DNA from: a virus
Reading direction: 5' to 3' (one strand)
DNA length: 64,000 bases
IMG/VR virus record: IMGVR_UViG_3300046457_000143
Coordinates: 1 to 64,000 of that record
The notes beneath the pieces are model-generated. The model made no database searches, was not told the DNA's origin, and saw nothing but the letters and a program-made list of their open reading frames with translations. This document shows positions 7,585 through 16,608 of the stretch, piece after piece (position 1 is the first letter of the stretch; each line of letters starts with the position of its first letter). Position numbers and translations under genes: made by a program.

Positions 7585-10517
7585 CCGCACTCGTCAAATA
7601 CACCGATGCGGTGCTTATCCAGAGCAGCGAGACCTGGGAGGGTGTTGGCACGAACTTCCGGGACAACCGCTCCCAGTGGTTCAATATCAATGATGCTGGC
7701 ATCTCCCTGTCAGCCGGCGCCTTCACGATTCCGCCCAGCACGCATGTGGCCAACAGTGACTGGGTGCGGGATGCCGGGCCGAACACGATCGACGCCAGCC
7801 TGCAGGAAAAGCGGGCCTTCTGCCTGAAGGGCGCAGTCACGATCAACTTCACCGGTACCACCCTTGTGTTGCGTGTGAACACGGACTGGGGCTGGGGCAA
7901 TGCCCATAAGGTCTACATCGACGGGGTGCAGCCTTCGACCATCGGCGGGATCCAGGGCTATGCGAATACGGTATCCTGCGACTCGGCAGGCTATGGCCTG
8001 GAAGGTCCGGGTTACGCTGATGTCATGGTGGCCGATGGTCTGTCCAATGGTCCGCATACCTGCGTGGTGTATGCGAACGGGACGGGGGAGGGCTACTTCG
8101 CCATCGCCGGCTTCAAGACGTACAGCTTCGCCAGCAATGCGCTGGTCAAGGCCACGGCCTGGATTGTGCCGAGTGCGACGAAGCTCCCGCAGAACATGCA
8201 GACGCTGTCGATGATCAACAAGGGCGTGAACACGGTCCTGAATGCCACCCTGTCCTATCCGGCAGGGTTGCTCGATGGCAACGCCAATGCGCTGGTCGCC
8301 GGCAGTGTCGGCTCGCTCACCGGCATCAACCCGCTGACCCAGGTGGTCATGCCGGCGTTCAACGGCGACGAGTCGAGCGGCCAGCGCACGTATCCGCTGA
8401 CGCTGTCGGCGCTCTACGCCGATCCGGCCGGTACCGTCTCCATGCCGGCCACGGCCTCGATTGGTCCGAGCAGCCCGACGCTGACCATCGGTGGCAGCAC
8501 CTGGGCGGTGGATAACGCGGCACCGGGCGGTGTCAAGCGGATCTACTCCAAGGCCAACCCCGGCACCATCAATTACCTGCAGTTCACCTTCACTGGCGAT
8601 GCGCTGACGATGACGGTGCAGCAGGACTTTGGTTACGGGGTTCTCGGGATCTACGACTCGACGGGTACCACTCTCCTTGGTTCCGTGACCTGCAATGCAC
8701 AGCAGACCCAGCTCTTTACCACGACGATCACGGGCTTTGGTGCAGGCAGCCACACGGTGCGGCTGAAGAAGACCACCACGGACACGTCCAAGTACGTGAT
8801 CTTTGTCTCGGCCTCGTGGACGACGACCTCGAACTATTCGCAGATCACCGAGACTGTGAACCTGGTGATGAATGCCCAGCAGCCGTATGCGCTGCAGCCG
8901 GTCAATGTCGGCAGCGATGGCTACTCGCTGACCTACGATCCGCCGGTGCCGGGTGCAACGGATTCGTCGGGCTCAACCGTGCGGCAGAACTCCAACCTGG
9001 CCTATACCGAGGTGCTCGAGCGTTTTCCGACCTACGCGGTGTGTTACCAGCCGGGCTACTCCGACATCCTGTCGCAGTACGACATCCTGATCGTCGATCC
9101 GTTTGCGGCGAAGACGGCCGATGTGCTCGCCTGGCAGGCCATGGGCATCGAGGTCTACGGCTACATCTCGATCGGGGAGGAGGACGGTTTTTACGTGAAC
9201 CGGTACGATTTCCTGTCGGCCAATGCGCCGTACCGGGGTGACGGTACCGGGCCGGGCGGCAATGCCGGCTACTACATGAAGGGCGGCTACCAGGGCCGGG
9301 AGTGCACCGAGTGCACGTTCGACAACCAGGCGGTGGCGGGCACCAAGTCGTGCGCGCAGGCCCAGCCGATGTATTTCATGGGGACCGGCCGGTGTGGCTC
9401 CGCCTGCAGTTACGACAGCCTGAACGGATACACCACGTTCGCGGCAGGCGGGGCATGCGGTGCAGGCTTCACGTCAGCCAACAAGTGGATCCGCCCGGAC
9501 GCGAACACCGCGTGCACGAACGCCACCTGCCCGAGCTACAAGCCGATCCACCAGCTGCAGACGGGTACGAAGTGTCCGAAGTACGAGCAGGCCGACGCCG
9601 GCTACATGCAGGATTTCAGCATCGCCAACCCCGGCACGCCGGACCAGAACGGCGTGTGGGCGGCGTACTACGCAGATGCTGGTGATGCTTCCTGGCTCGA
9701 TCGCATCATGAGCTACTACGCACCGACCGTGATCGGCGGGCCGGTGGTGGTCGCCAATGAGGTGGTGACGGTGAAGGCTGCGACGATCGCAGCAGGTGCG
9801 GTGCTGGTGTTTGACACGGCGCAGTTCCCGATCGATCCGGATGCAACGATCACGCTGACCACGCTCGATGGGGTGACGGGTGTCTACCGCAAGAACCTGG
9901 ACTACACGCTGGACATGAAGACGGGCGCCTTCGTCTTCAATGTGGGCATCGCACCTGCAGTCACGGCAGGCCAGCAGCTGAAGATCTCGTACACCAAGAA
10001 GGGCCACCACATGAACGGCATCTTCATGGATACGCCGGATGATGCTGACGTGTATCCGCTGATGGGCGATGCGATGGCGGCGCTCGTGAATAACCTGAAG
10101 GCGAGGACCGGGACGAAGCTGATCTCTAACCGGGGTTTCTCCAACCTGAACAAGTACATCCAGTCCTGCTCGGGTGTGATGTTCGAGTCCTGGCTCACCG
10201 GCTGGAATGAGAACACGGGCGCCTACTTCAAGCTGACTGACCCCGACTCGATGCAGTTCGACAAGGAGGTCAATGACCAGCTGCGTGAGTTGCGCATGAA
10301 GCACGTCTTCGATGTGTACAGCCTGAACTACTGCAATGCCGATGCCAGCGGTGACGAGTTGCGCGCATACTGCTCGACCGAAGACCGGAAGAAGGGTTAT
10401 CTGAGCTGGACCTCGACGATTGCCCTGAATTCGCCGGCACCCAACATCGTGGTGGATACGCCGTCACAGAAGATCACGACCAATGCGTTCAAGCGGTACC
10501 GCATCAAGCGCTATTAA
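7581..10517 (+). CDS. Multidomain protein with a split PelA/GH114-like glycoside hydrolase barrel
   Basis: Motifs in family order: YDILIVDP, VYGYISIGEED, YADAGDASW, GIFMDTPD, ISNRGF, GVMFES, VYSLNY; N-terminal half is beta-sandwich-like. Confidence 0.7.
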   Translation: MTALVKYTDAVLIQSSETWEGVGTNFRDNRSQWFNINDAGISLSAGAFTIPPSTHVANSDWVRDAGPNTIDASLQEKRAFCLKGAVTINFTGTTLVLRVNTDWGWGNAHKVYIDGVQPSTIGGIQGYANTVSCDSAGYGLEGPGYADVMVADGLSNGPHTCVVYANGTGEGYFAIAGFKTYSFASNALVKATAWIVPSATKLPQNMQTLSMINKGVNTVLNATLSYPAGLLDGNANALVAGSVGSLTGINPLTQVVMPAFNGDESSGQRTYPLTLSALYADPAGTVSMPATASIGPSSPTLTIGGSTWAVDNAAPGGVKRIYSKANPGTINYLQFTFTGDALTMTVQQDFGYGVLGIYDSTGTTLLGSVTCNAQQTQLFTTTITGFGAGSHTVRLKKTTTDTSKYVIFVSASWTTTSNYSQITETVNLVMNAQQPYALQPVNVGSDGYSLTYDPPVPGATDSSGSTVRQNSNLAYTEVLERFPTYAVCYQPGYSDILSQYDILIVDPFAAKTADVLAWQAMGIEVYGYISIGEEDGFYVNRYDFLSANAPYRGDGTGPGGNAGYYMKGGYQGRECTECTFDNQAVAGTKSCAQAQPMYFMGTGRCGSACSYDSLNGYTTFAAGGACGAGFTSANKWIRPDANTACTNATCPSYKPIHQLQTGTKCPKYEQADAGYMQDFSIANPGTPDQNGVWAAYYADAGDASWLDRIMSYYAPTVIGGPVVVANEVVTVKAATIAAGAVLVFDTAQFPIDPDATITLTTLDGVTGVYRKNLDYTLDMKTGAFVFNVGIAPAVTAGQQLKISYTKKGHHMNGIFMDTPDDADVYPLMGDAMAALVNNLKARTGTKLISNRGFSNLNKYIQSCSGVMFESWLTGWNENTGAYFKLTDPDSMQFDKEVNDQLRELRMKHVFDVYSLNYCNADASGDELRAYCSTEDRKKGYLSWTSTIALNSPAPNIVVDTPSQKITTNAFKRYRIKRY

Positions 10518-10526
10518 GGACAAGCC

Positions 10527-10769
10527 ATGGCTCAAGAAAACAACCCGGCAGCACCCAATCCGTTCCTGGCCAACCCACCGGTCGTGCAGGTGGTGCGTCA
10601 TGTCCGGGTCATCACAGGCGGGGAGGTGGTGGCAGAGGATCCGCAGAAACTGGTGCGGCACCTGCAACGGGCAGTCCAGCCCCGTGTGTATCCACAACGG
10701 CTGACTGTTGCACCTGATGCACGGCAGTTCCCCAACGTCACGGTGGGCAACCGGAAAACGACCTTCTGA
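10527..10769 (+). CDS. Hypothetical protein, 80 aa
   Basis: AAGGA RBS; fills the gap before a terminator. Confidence 0.65.
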   Translation: MAQENNPAAPNPFLANPPVVQVVRHVRVITGGEVVAEDPQKLVRHLQRAVQPRVYPQRLTVAPDARQFPNVTVGNRKTTF

Positions 10770-10858
10770 CACAAACAAGTTCGCCTGGAGTAGCCTGGGA
10801 CATTCACGTATCATCCTGGTAAATTCCGTGACCCAGTGAGACCCGTTCAAGGCTCACC

Positions 10859-10900
10859 AAGGGGCAACAGACAGACACCCGTCTTCTGTTGCCCCTTTTT
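10859..10900 (+). terminator. Rho-independent terminator between tail and lysis modules
   Basis: AAGGGGCAACAGA...TCTGTTGCCCCTT followed by T run. Confidence 0.7.
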
Positions 10901-10931
10901 CGTTTACAGCCAGCAAATAGGGCCGACTCAC

Positions 10932-11267
10932 ATGCCGAATGACTCGATTGAAGTGCAACTGGCCGTCCTCGTGACGCAGTTTGGGTTCATCCAGAAAGAA
11001 CTGGAGGACGCCAAGGCAGCACGCAAAGGGCAGTACGAAAAGATGGAAGAGCAGTCGCAGATGCTCACCACGATGGATGGCCGGATGAAGGTGGTAGAGG
11101 AATCCCTCAAGCAACAGGCACCGACCATCGAGGAGTTCATCACGATCAAGCACAAGGTCGTTGGCGCCGGCGTATTTGGCCGGTGGACCTGGTGGGTCAT
11201 GGCGGGCCTGATCGGATTTGCCTGCTCCTTCCGCGTGGAGATCTTCAAGTGGCTGACAAGAAGTTAA
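10932..11267 (+). CDS. Putative holin (N4 gp63-like position)
   Basis: Coiled coil plus a single C-terminal TM segment; first gene of lysis cassette. Confidence 0.65.
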   Translation: MPNDSIEVQLAVLVTQFGFIQKELEDAKAARKGQYEKMEEQSQMLTTMDGRMKVVEESLKQQAPTIEEFITIKHKVVGAGVFGRWTWWVMAGLIGFACSFRVEIFKWLTRS

Positions 11268-11506
11268 CGCTAGTCCCGAACTGGCGAAGTGCCCACACGT
11301 GGGCGTCAATGTGGTGGAGCGGTCTGGGTTTTGTCACATCTCTGCTGGACCTGCTAACGGAGATCTGGGAAAGCCTCGGCCACCAGGCAAAAGGTCATGT
11401 GCCCTATGCGGCCGCCGTCGGCATGTTCCTCTTCGCAGGAACGATGCTCGGCCGGATCCTCATCTGGGCGCATGACGAACTGGAGGGATCCGATGGCGAT
11501 CACTAG
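11249..11506 (+). CDS. Holin-like 2-TM membrane protein (N4 gp62-like position)
   Basis: GGAG then GTG at 11249; LVPNWRSAHTWAS and two hydrophobic segments. Confidence 0.65.
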   Translation: MADKKLTLVPNWRSAHTWASMWWSGLGFVTSLLDLLTEIWESLGHQAKGHVPYAAAVGMFLFAGTMLGRILIWAHDELEGSDGDH

Positions 11507-12110
11507 AAAGCATGTAGGTATCGGCGGCATAGCGGCGGCAATCATCTCTGCTGTGGTCGCTGTCGAAGGTGGCTACGTTAACGACCCCCATGATCCAGGG
11601 GGCGAGACCAATCACGGCATCACCAAGACGGTGGCCGTCCAGCACGGCTACACCGGGCCGATGAAAAACCTGAGCCAGGAACTGGCCAGCTCGATCTATT
11701 TTGAGGACTACATCAGGAAGCCCGGCTTCGAGCCGTTCCTGGCGTTGTCGCCGGCAGTGGCCCACAAACTGGTGGACGCTGGTGTGAATACCGGCACCGC
11801 CCGTCCTTCCCTCTGGCTCCAGACTGCACTTAACTCCCTGAATCGGGGCGGCCAGGACTTTCCCCCGATATTAGTTGATGGTAAAGTTGGGCCGGCAACG
11901 ATTGTGGCCTACCGCACACTTCAGCGCATAAGAGGCCGTGTTCCAGCGTGCGAAATGGTAATCAAGCTCCTCGATGCACAGCAGGCTGTGTACTACATTT
12001 CTCTAGATAAGTTGAGGGTGTACACGGTGGGCTGGATCACCAATCGTATTCAGAACGTGCCGCTTGCGCGGTGTAAGGATGACGGGGAGAGCACAGATGA
12101 CGCTACCTAG
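11493..12110 (+). CDS. GH108 N-acetylmuramidase endolysin with SAR-like N-terminus (N4 gp61-like)
   Basis: EGGYVNDPHDPGGETNHGIT; VDGKVGPAT peptidoglycan-binding motif; GGAGG RBS. Confidence 0.92.
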   Translation: MAITRKHVGIGGIAAAIISAVVAVEGGYVNDPHDPGGETNHGITKTVAVQHGYTGPMKNLSQELASSIYFEDYIRKPGFEPFLALSPAVAHKLVDAGVNTGTARPSLWLQTALNSLNRGGQDFPPILVDGKVGPATIVAYRTLQRIRGRVPACEMVIKLLDAQQAVYYISLDKLRVYTVGWITNRIQNVPLARCKDDGESTDDAT

Positions 12111-12627
12111 AATCCTGCTTTACACCGTCCTTCCCCTGGCCGTAGTGGGCGGGGCTGGATGGTGGTGCTACTCAGTCGGATTGGATCATGGCAAGTCCGA
12201 GATCCAATCCGAGTGGGATGCACAGAAGCAGGCCCAAACCAAAGCAGTAGACACACTGAAGGCGCAGTACGCCCAGAAGGAGCTGAGCCATGCTCAGGAA
12301 TCTCAACGGGCGGCTGACGCCCTGTCTTCGGCCAGCGAAGCTCATGCAAAGGAGCTTGACGCTGTGCGTTCTGACTACGCTCGCAGCCTGCAGCGCAGTG
12401 AAACCCGAGCCGCAATTTATCAACGTCAGGCCACAGGCGGTGCCGCTGAGTGCCGAGGTCTCGCAAGTCATACAGCCGAACTCGACCGATCTCTTGAAGC
12501 GGGCCGATCTCTGGTTGGAGAACTCCGAGCAACTCTTGAACTGCGTGACCGACAGCTCGTGCAGGTCGGCCAGCAACTGATGGCCGATCGCAAGCTGTTT
12601 GCTGACTCTGCTGAAGGCTCCCAATGA
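12097..12627 (+). CDS. Rz-like inner-membrane spanin
   Basis: N-terminal TM followed by coiled coil, directly after endolysin. Confidence 0.8.
   Translation: MTLPRILLYTVLPLAVVGGAGWWCYSVGLDHGKSEIQSEWDAQKQAQTKAVDTLKAQYAQKELSHAQESQRAADALSSASEAHAKELDAVRSDYARSLQRSETRAAIYQRQATGGAAECRGLASHTAELDRSLEAGRSLVGELRATLELRDRQLVQVGQQLMADRKLFADSAEGSQ
12344..12580 (+). CDS. Rz1-like outer-membrane lipoprotein spanin, fully embedded in Rz (alternative start 12290)
   Basis: Signal peptide with LAAC lipobox in an alternate frame. Confidence 0.75.
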   Translation: MQRSLTLCVLTTLAACSAVKPEPQFINVRPQAVPLSAEVSQVIQPNSTDLLKRADLWLENSEQLLNCVTDSSCRSASN

Positions 12628-14813
12628 ATAACGATCCACAGAAACTGACTGCACCACAGGTGCCGCAGAAGAAAATCACCAAGTGGGCCAATGAGCCGAC
12701 CATCGCAGATCTGCGGGGTGACTTCGATCTGGCCAAGCCGTCGCACGACACCCAGGTCACCCGCATCAATAACTGGCTGGACCAGCTGCATGTGAAGGGC
12801 AGTGCTGCGGTCAAGAAGGTCAAGGGCCGCTCCAGTGTCCAGCCCAAACTCATCCGTCGCCAGACGGAGTGGCGCTACTCGGCACTCACCGAGCCTTTCC
12901 TTGGTTCGGACAAGCTCTACCAGGTGAAGCCGGCCAATCCCGATTCGAGGGCTGCCGCCGTCCAGAATGAAACCGTGCTGAACTGGCAGTTCCGCACGAA
13001 GATGAACCGGGTCACCTTCATCGACAACTTCGTGCGCTGCACGGTGGATGAGGGCACCTCGGTTGTCCGTCTGGGCTGGAAGCGGGTGACCAAGAAGGTC
13101 AAGCAGCAGGTGCCCAAGTTCGATCATTACGAGATCGACACCCAGGAACAGCTGATGCCGTTCCAGCAGGCGCTCTCCCTGGTTCAGCAGGATCCGGAGA
13201 ACCTGGGCAGTCTCCCGCCTGAAATGCAGTCCGCCATCTCCCATTACCAGGAGACCGGTGAGATGACCTATGCGGTGCAGAACGGCACCGAGACGGTCAC
13301 GACAGATCAGCTGGTCGAGAACCGGCCGACTGCTGAAGTGCTCGACATCCGCAACTTCTTCCTCGACCCGAGCTGCAACGGCGACCCGGACAAGGCGCTC
13401 TTCGCCATTGTCACGTTCGAGACGAACAAGGCGGAGCTGCTCAAGGAGCCGGAGCGCTACAAGAATCTGGATGCGGTGAACTGGGAAGGCGCTACGGTCC
13501 AGACCGATCCGGACCACAGCACCAACACGCCCACCGATGTCCAGTTCAAGGACGCCCTTCGCAAGAAGGTCGTGGCCTATGAATACTGGGGTTTCTACGA
13601 TGTGAACGGCACCGGCGAGCTGGTACCCATCGTCGCCACCTGGATTGCGGACACGCTGGTGCGCATGGAACTGAACCCGTTCCCGGACCAGAAGATCCCG
13701 TTTGTCATCGTCCCGTACATGCCGATCAAGCGCTCGGCCTACGGCGAGCCGGATGCCGAACTGCTGGAGGACAACCAGAAGATCCTGGGTGCCACCATCC
13801 GAGGCATGATCGACCTGATGGGCCGCTCGGCCAATGGCCAGCAGGGCTTTGCCAAGGGCATGCTCGATCCCCTGAACCGTCGCCGGTACGAGAACGGACA
13901 GGACTACGAGTTCAACCCGAACATGCCGATCCAGAACGGGCTGATCGAGCACAAGTATCCGGAGATCCCGCAATCCGCACTCACCATGGTCCAGTTCATG
14001 AACCAGGATGCGGAAGCACTCACCGGCGTGAAGAGCTTCAGTGGCGGGGTGTCCGGTGCAGCGTATGGTGATGTGGCAGCCGGCATCAAGGGTGCGCTCG
14101 ACGCATCGGCCAAGCGGGAGATGGCCATTCTCCGGCGACTCGCCAAGGGCATGAGCCAGATAGGCGACAAGATCATCGCCATGAATGGCGCCTTCATGTC
14201 GGAAGAGGAGACCGTCCAGGTCACCGCCGACGAGTTTGTGACGGTGCGCCGGGATGAGCTGATCGGCAACTTCGATCTGATCGTGGACATCTCCACGGCT
14301 GAGGTGGACAACCAGCAGTCGCAGGATCTGGCGTTCATGTTGCAGACGCTTGGACCGAAGGCCGACTGGAGCTTCACGGCGATGATCCTCTCCGAGATCG
14401 CACGTCTGAAGAGAATGCCGGAACTGGCCAAGAAGATTGCCGCGTTCAAGCCACAGCCCGATCCGATGCAGCAGCAGTTGCTGCAGATGCAGATCGACAA
14501 GGAGAAGAGCGAGATCGACAAGAACAACGCTCAGGCCGAACTCTATCGTGCGCAGGCCAAGGCTGCTTCGGCTGTGGGCGACAAGACGAACCTCGACTTC
14601 GTCGAACAGGAAACCGGCACCAAGCACGCTCGGGACATGGAAAAGCAGTCGGCCCAGGCCGAAGCCAACCAGAACCTGGAAGTCACCAAGTCCCTGCTCA
14701 AGCCAAGAAAGCAGGCCAATGGTGGCGAGTCACGGCCGGATGTGCCGGCCGCCGTCGGCTACAACGCTCTTTCACGGGCACAAAGCGGCGTTCCTGCTGG
14801 ACAACCTGGCTAG
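12624..14813 (+). CDS. Portal protein (N4 gp59-like)
   Basis: WANEPT..DL; GRSSVQPKLIRRQTEWRYSALTEPFL; 729 aa; synteny. Confidence 0.92.
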   Translation: MNNDPQKLTAPQVPQKKITKWANEPTIADLRGDFDLAKPSHDTQVTRINNWLDQLHVKGSAAVKKVKGRSSVQPKLIRRQTEWRYSALTEPFLGSDKLYQVKPANPDSRAAAVQNETVLNWQFRTKMNRVTFIDNFVRCTVDEGTSVVRLGWKRVTKKVKQQVPKFDHYEIDTQEQLMPFQQALSLVQQDPENLGSLPPEMQSAISHYQETGEMTYAVQNGTETVTTDQLVENRPTAEVLDIRNFFLDPSCNGDPDKALFAIVTFETNKAELLKEPERYKNLDAVNWEGATVQTDPDHSTNTPTDVQFKDALRKKVVAYEYWGFYDVNGTGELVPIVATWIADTLVRMELNPFPDQKIPFVIVPYMPIKRSAYGEPDAELLEDNQKILGATIRGMIDLMGRSANGQQGFAKGMLDPLNRRRYENGQDYEFNPNMPIQNGLIEHKYPEIPQSALTMVQFMNQDAEALTGVKSFSGGVSGAAYGDVAAGIKGALDASAKREMAILRRLAKGMSQIGDKIIAMNGAFMSEEETVQVTADEFVTVRRDELIGNFDLIVDISTAEVDNQQSQDLAFMLQTLGPKADWSFTAMILSEIARLKRMPELAKKIAAFKPQPDPMQQQLLQMQIDKEKSEIDKNNAQAELYRAQAKAASAVGDKTNLDFVEQETGTKHARDMEKQSAQAEANQNLEVTKSLLKPRKQANGGESRPDVPAAVGYNALSRAQSGVPAGQPG

Positions 14814-14827
14814 GAAACTCCTACAAT
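14798..14827 (+). promoter_or_regulatory. Candidate sigma70 late promoter for the head operon
   Basis: TGGACA-18nt-TACAAT; N4 late genes are transcribed by host sigma70 RNAP. Confidence 0.4.
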
Positions 14828-14922
14828 CCTCACGTTATGTTTGGGGTCGCACATACAGGGCGGCCCCATTCATACGGGGACTTTTACGGATCAACCCTCA
14901 ACCTATCTTTTAGAGAGCATCC

Positions 14923-15291
14923 ATGCACTTCACAAGCCAGCTCCAGGAACTCGAACAGGCTCTGGAAACCGCCAAGAAAAATGTCGCCCTGCGTGACGCC
15001 CTGCTGAAATTGCAGGGCAACAAGGATTTCAAGAAGCTCGTGACCGAGACCTACCTGGTCAACGCAGCTGCCGACTTCGCCCGTCAGTCGGGTGATCCGG
15101 CGATGGGTGAGCGCCAGCGTGCGGACGCACTGGCCATGGCGCAGGCACCGGGCCACTTCAAGCGCTTCATGCACCTGGTCTTCGCACAGGGCCAGCAGTC
15201 GGAAGCGGATATCCCCGAGCTGGAACGCAGCATCGAGTTTGTCCAGAGCGGTGGCAACCTCGACGATCAAGACGAAAACGATCAGGAGTAA
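14923..15291 (+). CDS. Conserved hypothetical protein (N4 gp58-like)
   Basis: AL.KL..NKDFKKLV...Y; synteny. Confidence 0.7.
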   Translation: MHFTSQLQELEQALETAKKNVALRDALLKLQGNKDFKKLVTETYLVNAAADFARQSGDPAMGERQRADALAMAQAPGHFKRFMHLVFAQGQQSEADIPELERSIEFVQSGGNLDDQDENDQE

Positions 15292-15295
15292 CTAG

Positions 15296-16594
15296 ATGCC
15301 ACTCGCAGCGGGCCAGAACCCGCTGGAGTTGAGCGATGAGGATTTCCTGAAAGAGATGGGAGCCGGCTTCTCTGGCTCCACGACTCAAGCAACCGAGTCC
15401 GTTCAGGAAACCCCCACCGCTAACCCCAGCGAAGAGGCAGCGGTTGCCTCGACTGAAACCAAAGTCGAAACCCCCGAAACGAAAGTTGAACCGACTCCGG
15501 CTGAAGTAGAAGCGAAGTCGGATGTTGCATCTACGCAAGAGACCACTGGTAAACAGGGTGCGAATGATGTTAACGTTCAACCCAATCTGGAGTCGAAGGA
15601 AAGCAAGCAGGGCGAAGCAGCTGCAAGTGATACTGCAACCAAGCCGGCAGGTAAGGAGCAGGGCACCCAGGACACGTCGAAAGTCGCTGAGACCACCGAC
15701 AAGTCAGCCGAGTCCGACAGCACTGTCGACTACAAAGCGTTTTACGACCGGGTGATGACGCCCTTCAAGGCAAACGGCAAAACGATTGAGCTTCGCAATC
15801 TTGACGAAGCGATCAGCCTGATGCAGATGGGGGCGAACTACACCCGCAAGATGCAGGACATGGCGCCGCATCGCAAGACCCTGCTGATGCTCGAAAATGC
15901 GCAGCTGACGGATCCGGACAAGTTGTCGTTCTTGATCGATATCAACAACGGCGACCCCAAGGCGATCCAGAAGCTGCTCAAGGACAAGGGAGTCGATCCC
16001 CTGTCGATCGACACCAGCGAAGATTCAAACTACCTTGGCGGAAATCACAAGGTCAGTGATGAAGAAGCGAACTTTCGCACCCACCTCGACGACCTCAGTT
16101 CGCACGAGAATGGCAAAGCGACGCTTCAGACCATCAACTCGACATGGGATCAGGCTTCTAAGGATGTGCTGTGGAAAGAGCCACAGGTCATGCTGGCCAT
16201 TCACCAGCAGCGCGAGAACGGGATCTATGCCCGCATCGAAGCTGAGGTGGCGCGTCAGAAGACTCTGGGCCATGTTCCAGCTGATCTGCCGTTCATCAAT
16301 GCCTACAAGGTGGTTGGTGATGCGATGGATGCGGCAGGCGCCTTCAAAGACCTGGTAGCTCAAGCTCCCGCCCAGAAGACTCCTGCCACACCCACTGCGA
16401 CGACTCCCGAGACCAAGGTCTCCAAGGAGCCGGTAGCAACTCGTGTCGTCACTCCCAAGTCGGCTGCGGCTAACGCAGATCAGGCCGGTGCTGCTGCGGC
16501 AACGCGCAGTACCCCTCGTGAAGCAAAGCCTGTCATGAATCCCCTCGCCATGTCGGATGAGGAGTTCTTGAAGCAGATGAAAAACCGGCTCTGA
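15296..16594 (+). CDS. N4 gp57-like protein (scaffold/'tape measure')
   Basis: NPLELSDEDF and NPLAMSDEEF terminal repeats; PFKANGK; LMQMGANYTRKMQ. Confidence 0.8.
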   Translation: MPLAAGQNPLELSDEDFLKEMGAGFSGSTTQATESVQETPTANPSEEAAVASTETKVETPETKVEPTPAEVEAKSDVASTQETTGKQGANDVNVQPNLESKESKQGEAAASDTATKPAGKEQGTQDTSKVAETTDKSAESDSTVDYKAFYDRVMTPFKANGKTIELRNLDEAISLMQMGANYTRKMQDMAPHRKTLLMLENAQLTDPDKLSFLIDINNGDPKAIQKLLKDKGVDPLSIDTSEDSNYLGGNHKVSDEEANFRTHLDDLSSHENGKATLQTINSTWDQASKDVLWKEPQVMLAIHQQRENGIYARIEAEVARQKTLGHVPADLPFINAYKVVGDAMDAAGAFKDLVAQAPAQKTPATPTATTPETKVSKEPVATRVVTPKSAAANADQAGAAAATRSTPREAKPVMNPLAMSDEEFLKQMKNRL

Positions 16595-16608
16595 TAAGGG
16601 ATTGACCC

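Noticed and set aside
12468-14627. Long antisense ORFs (719 aa here; also 28521-30764, 31494-34097, 40029-41714, 46501-48132, 51068-53344)
   Set aside because: They mirror real genes codon for codon, an expected result of strong GC3 bias; no RBS or motifs
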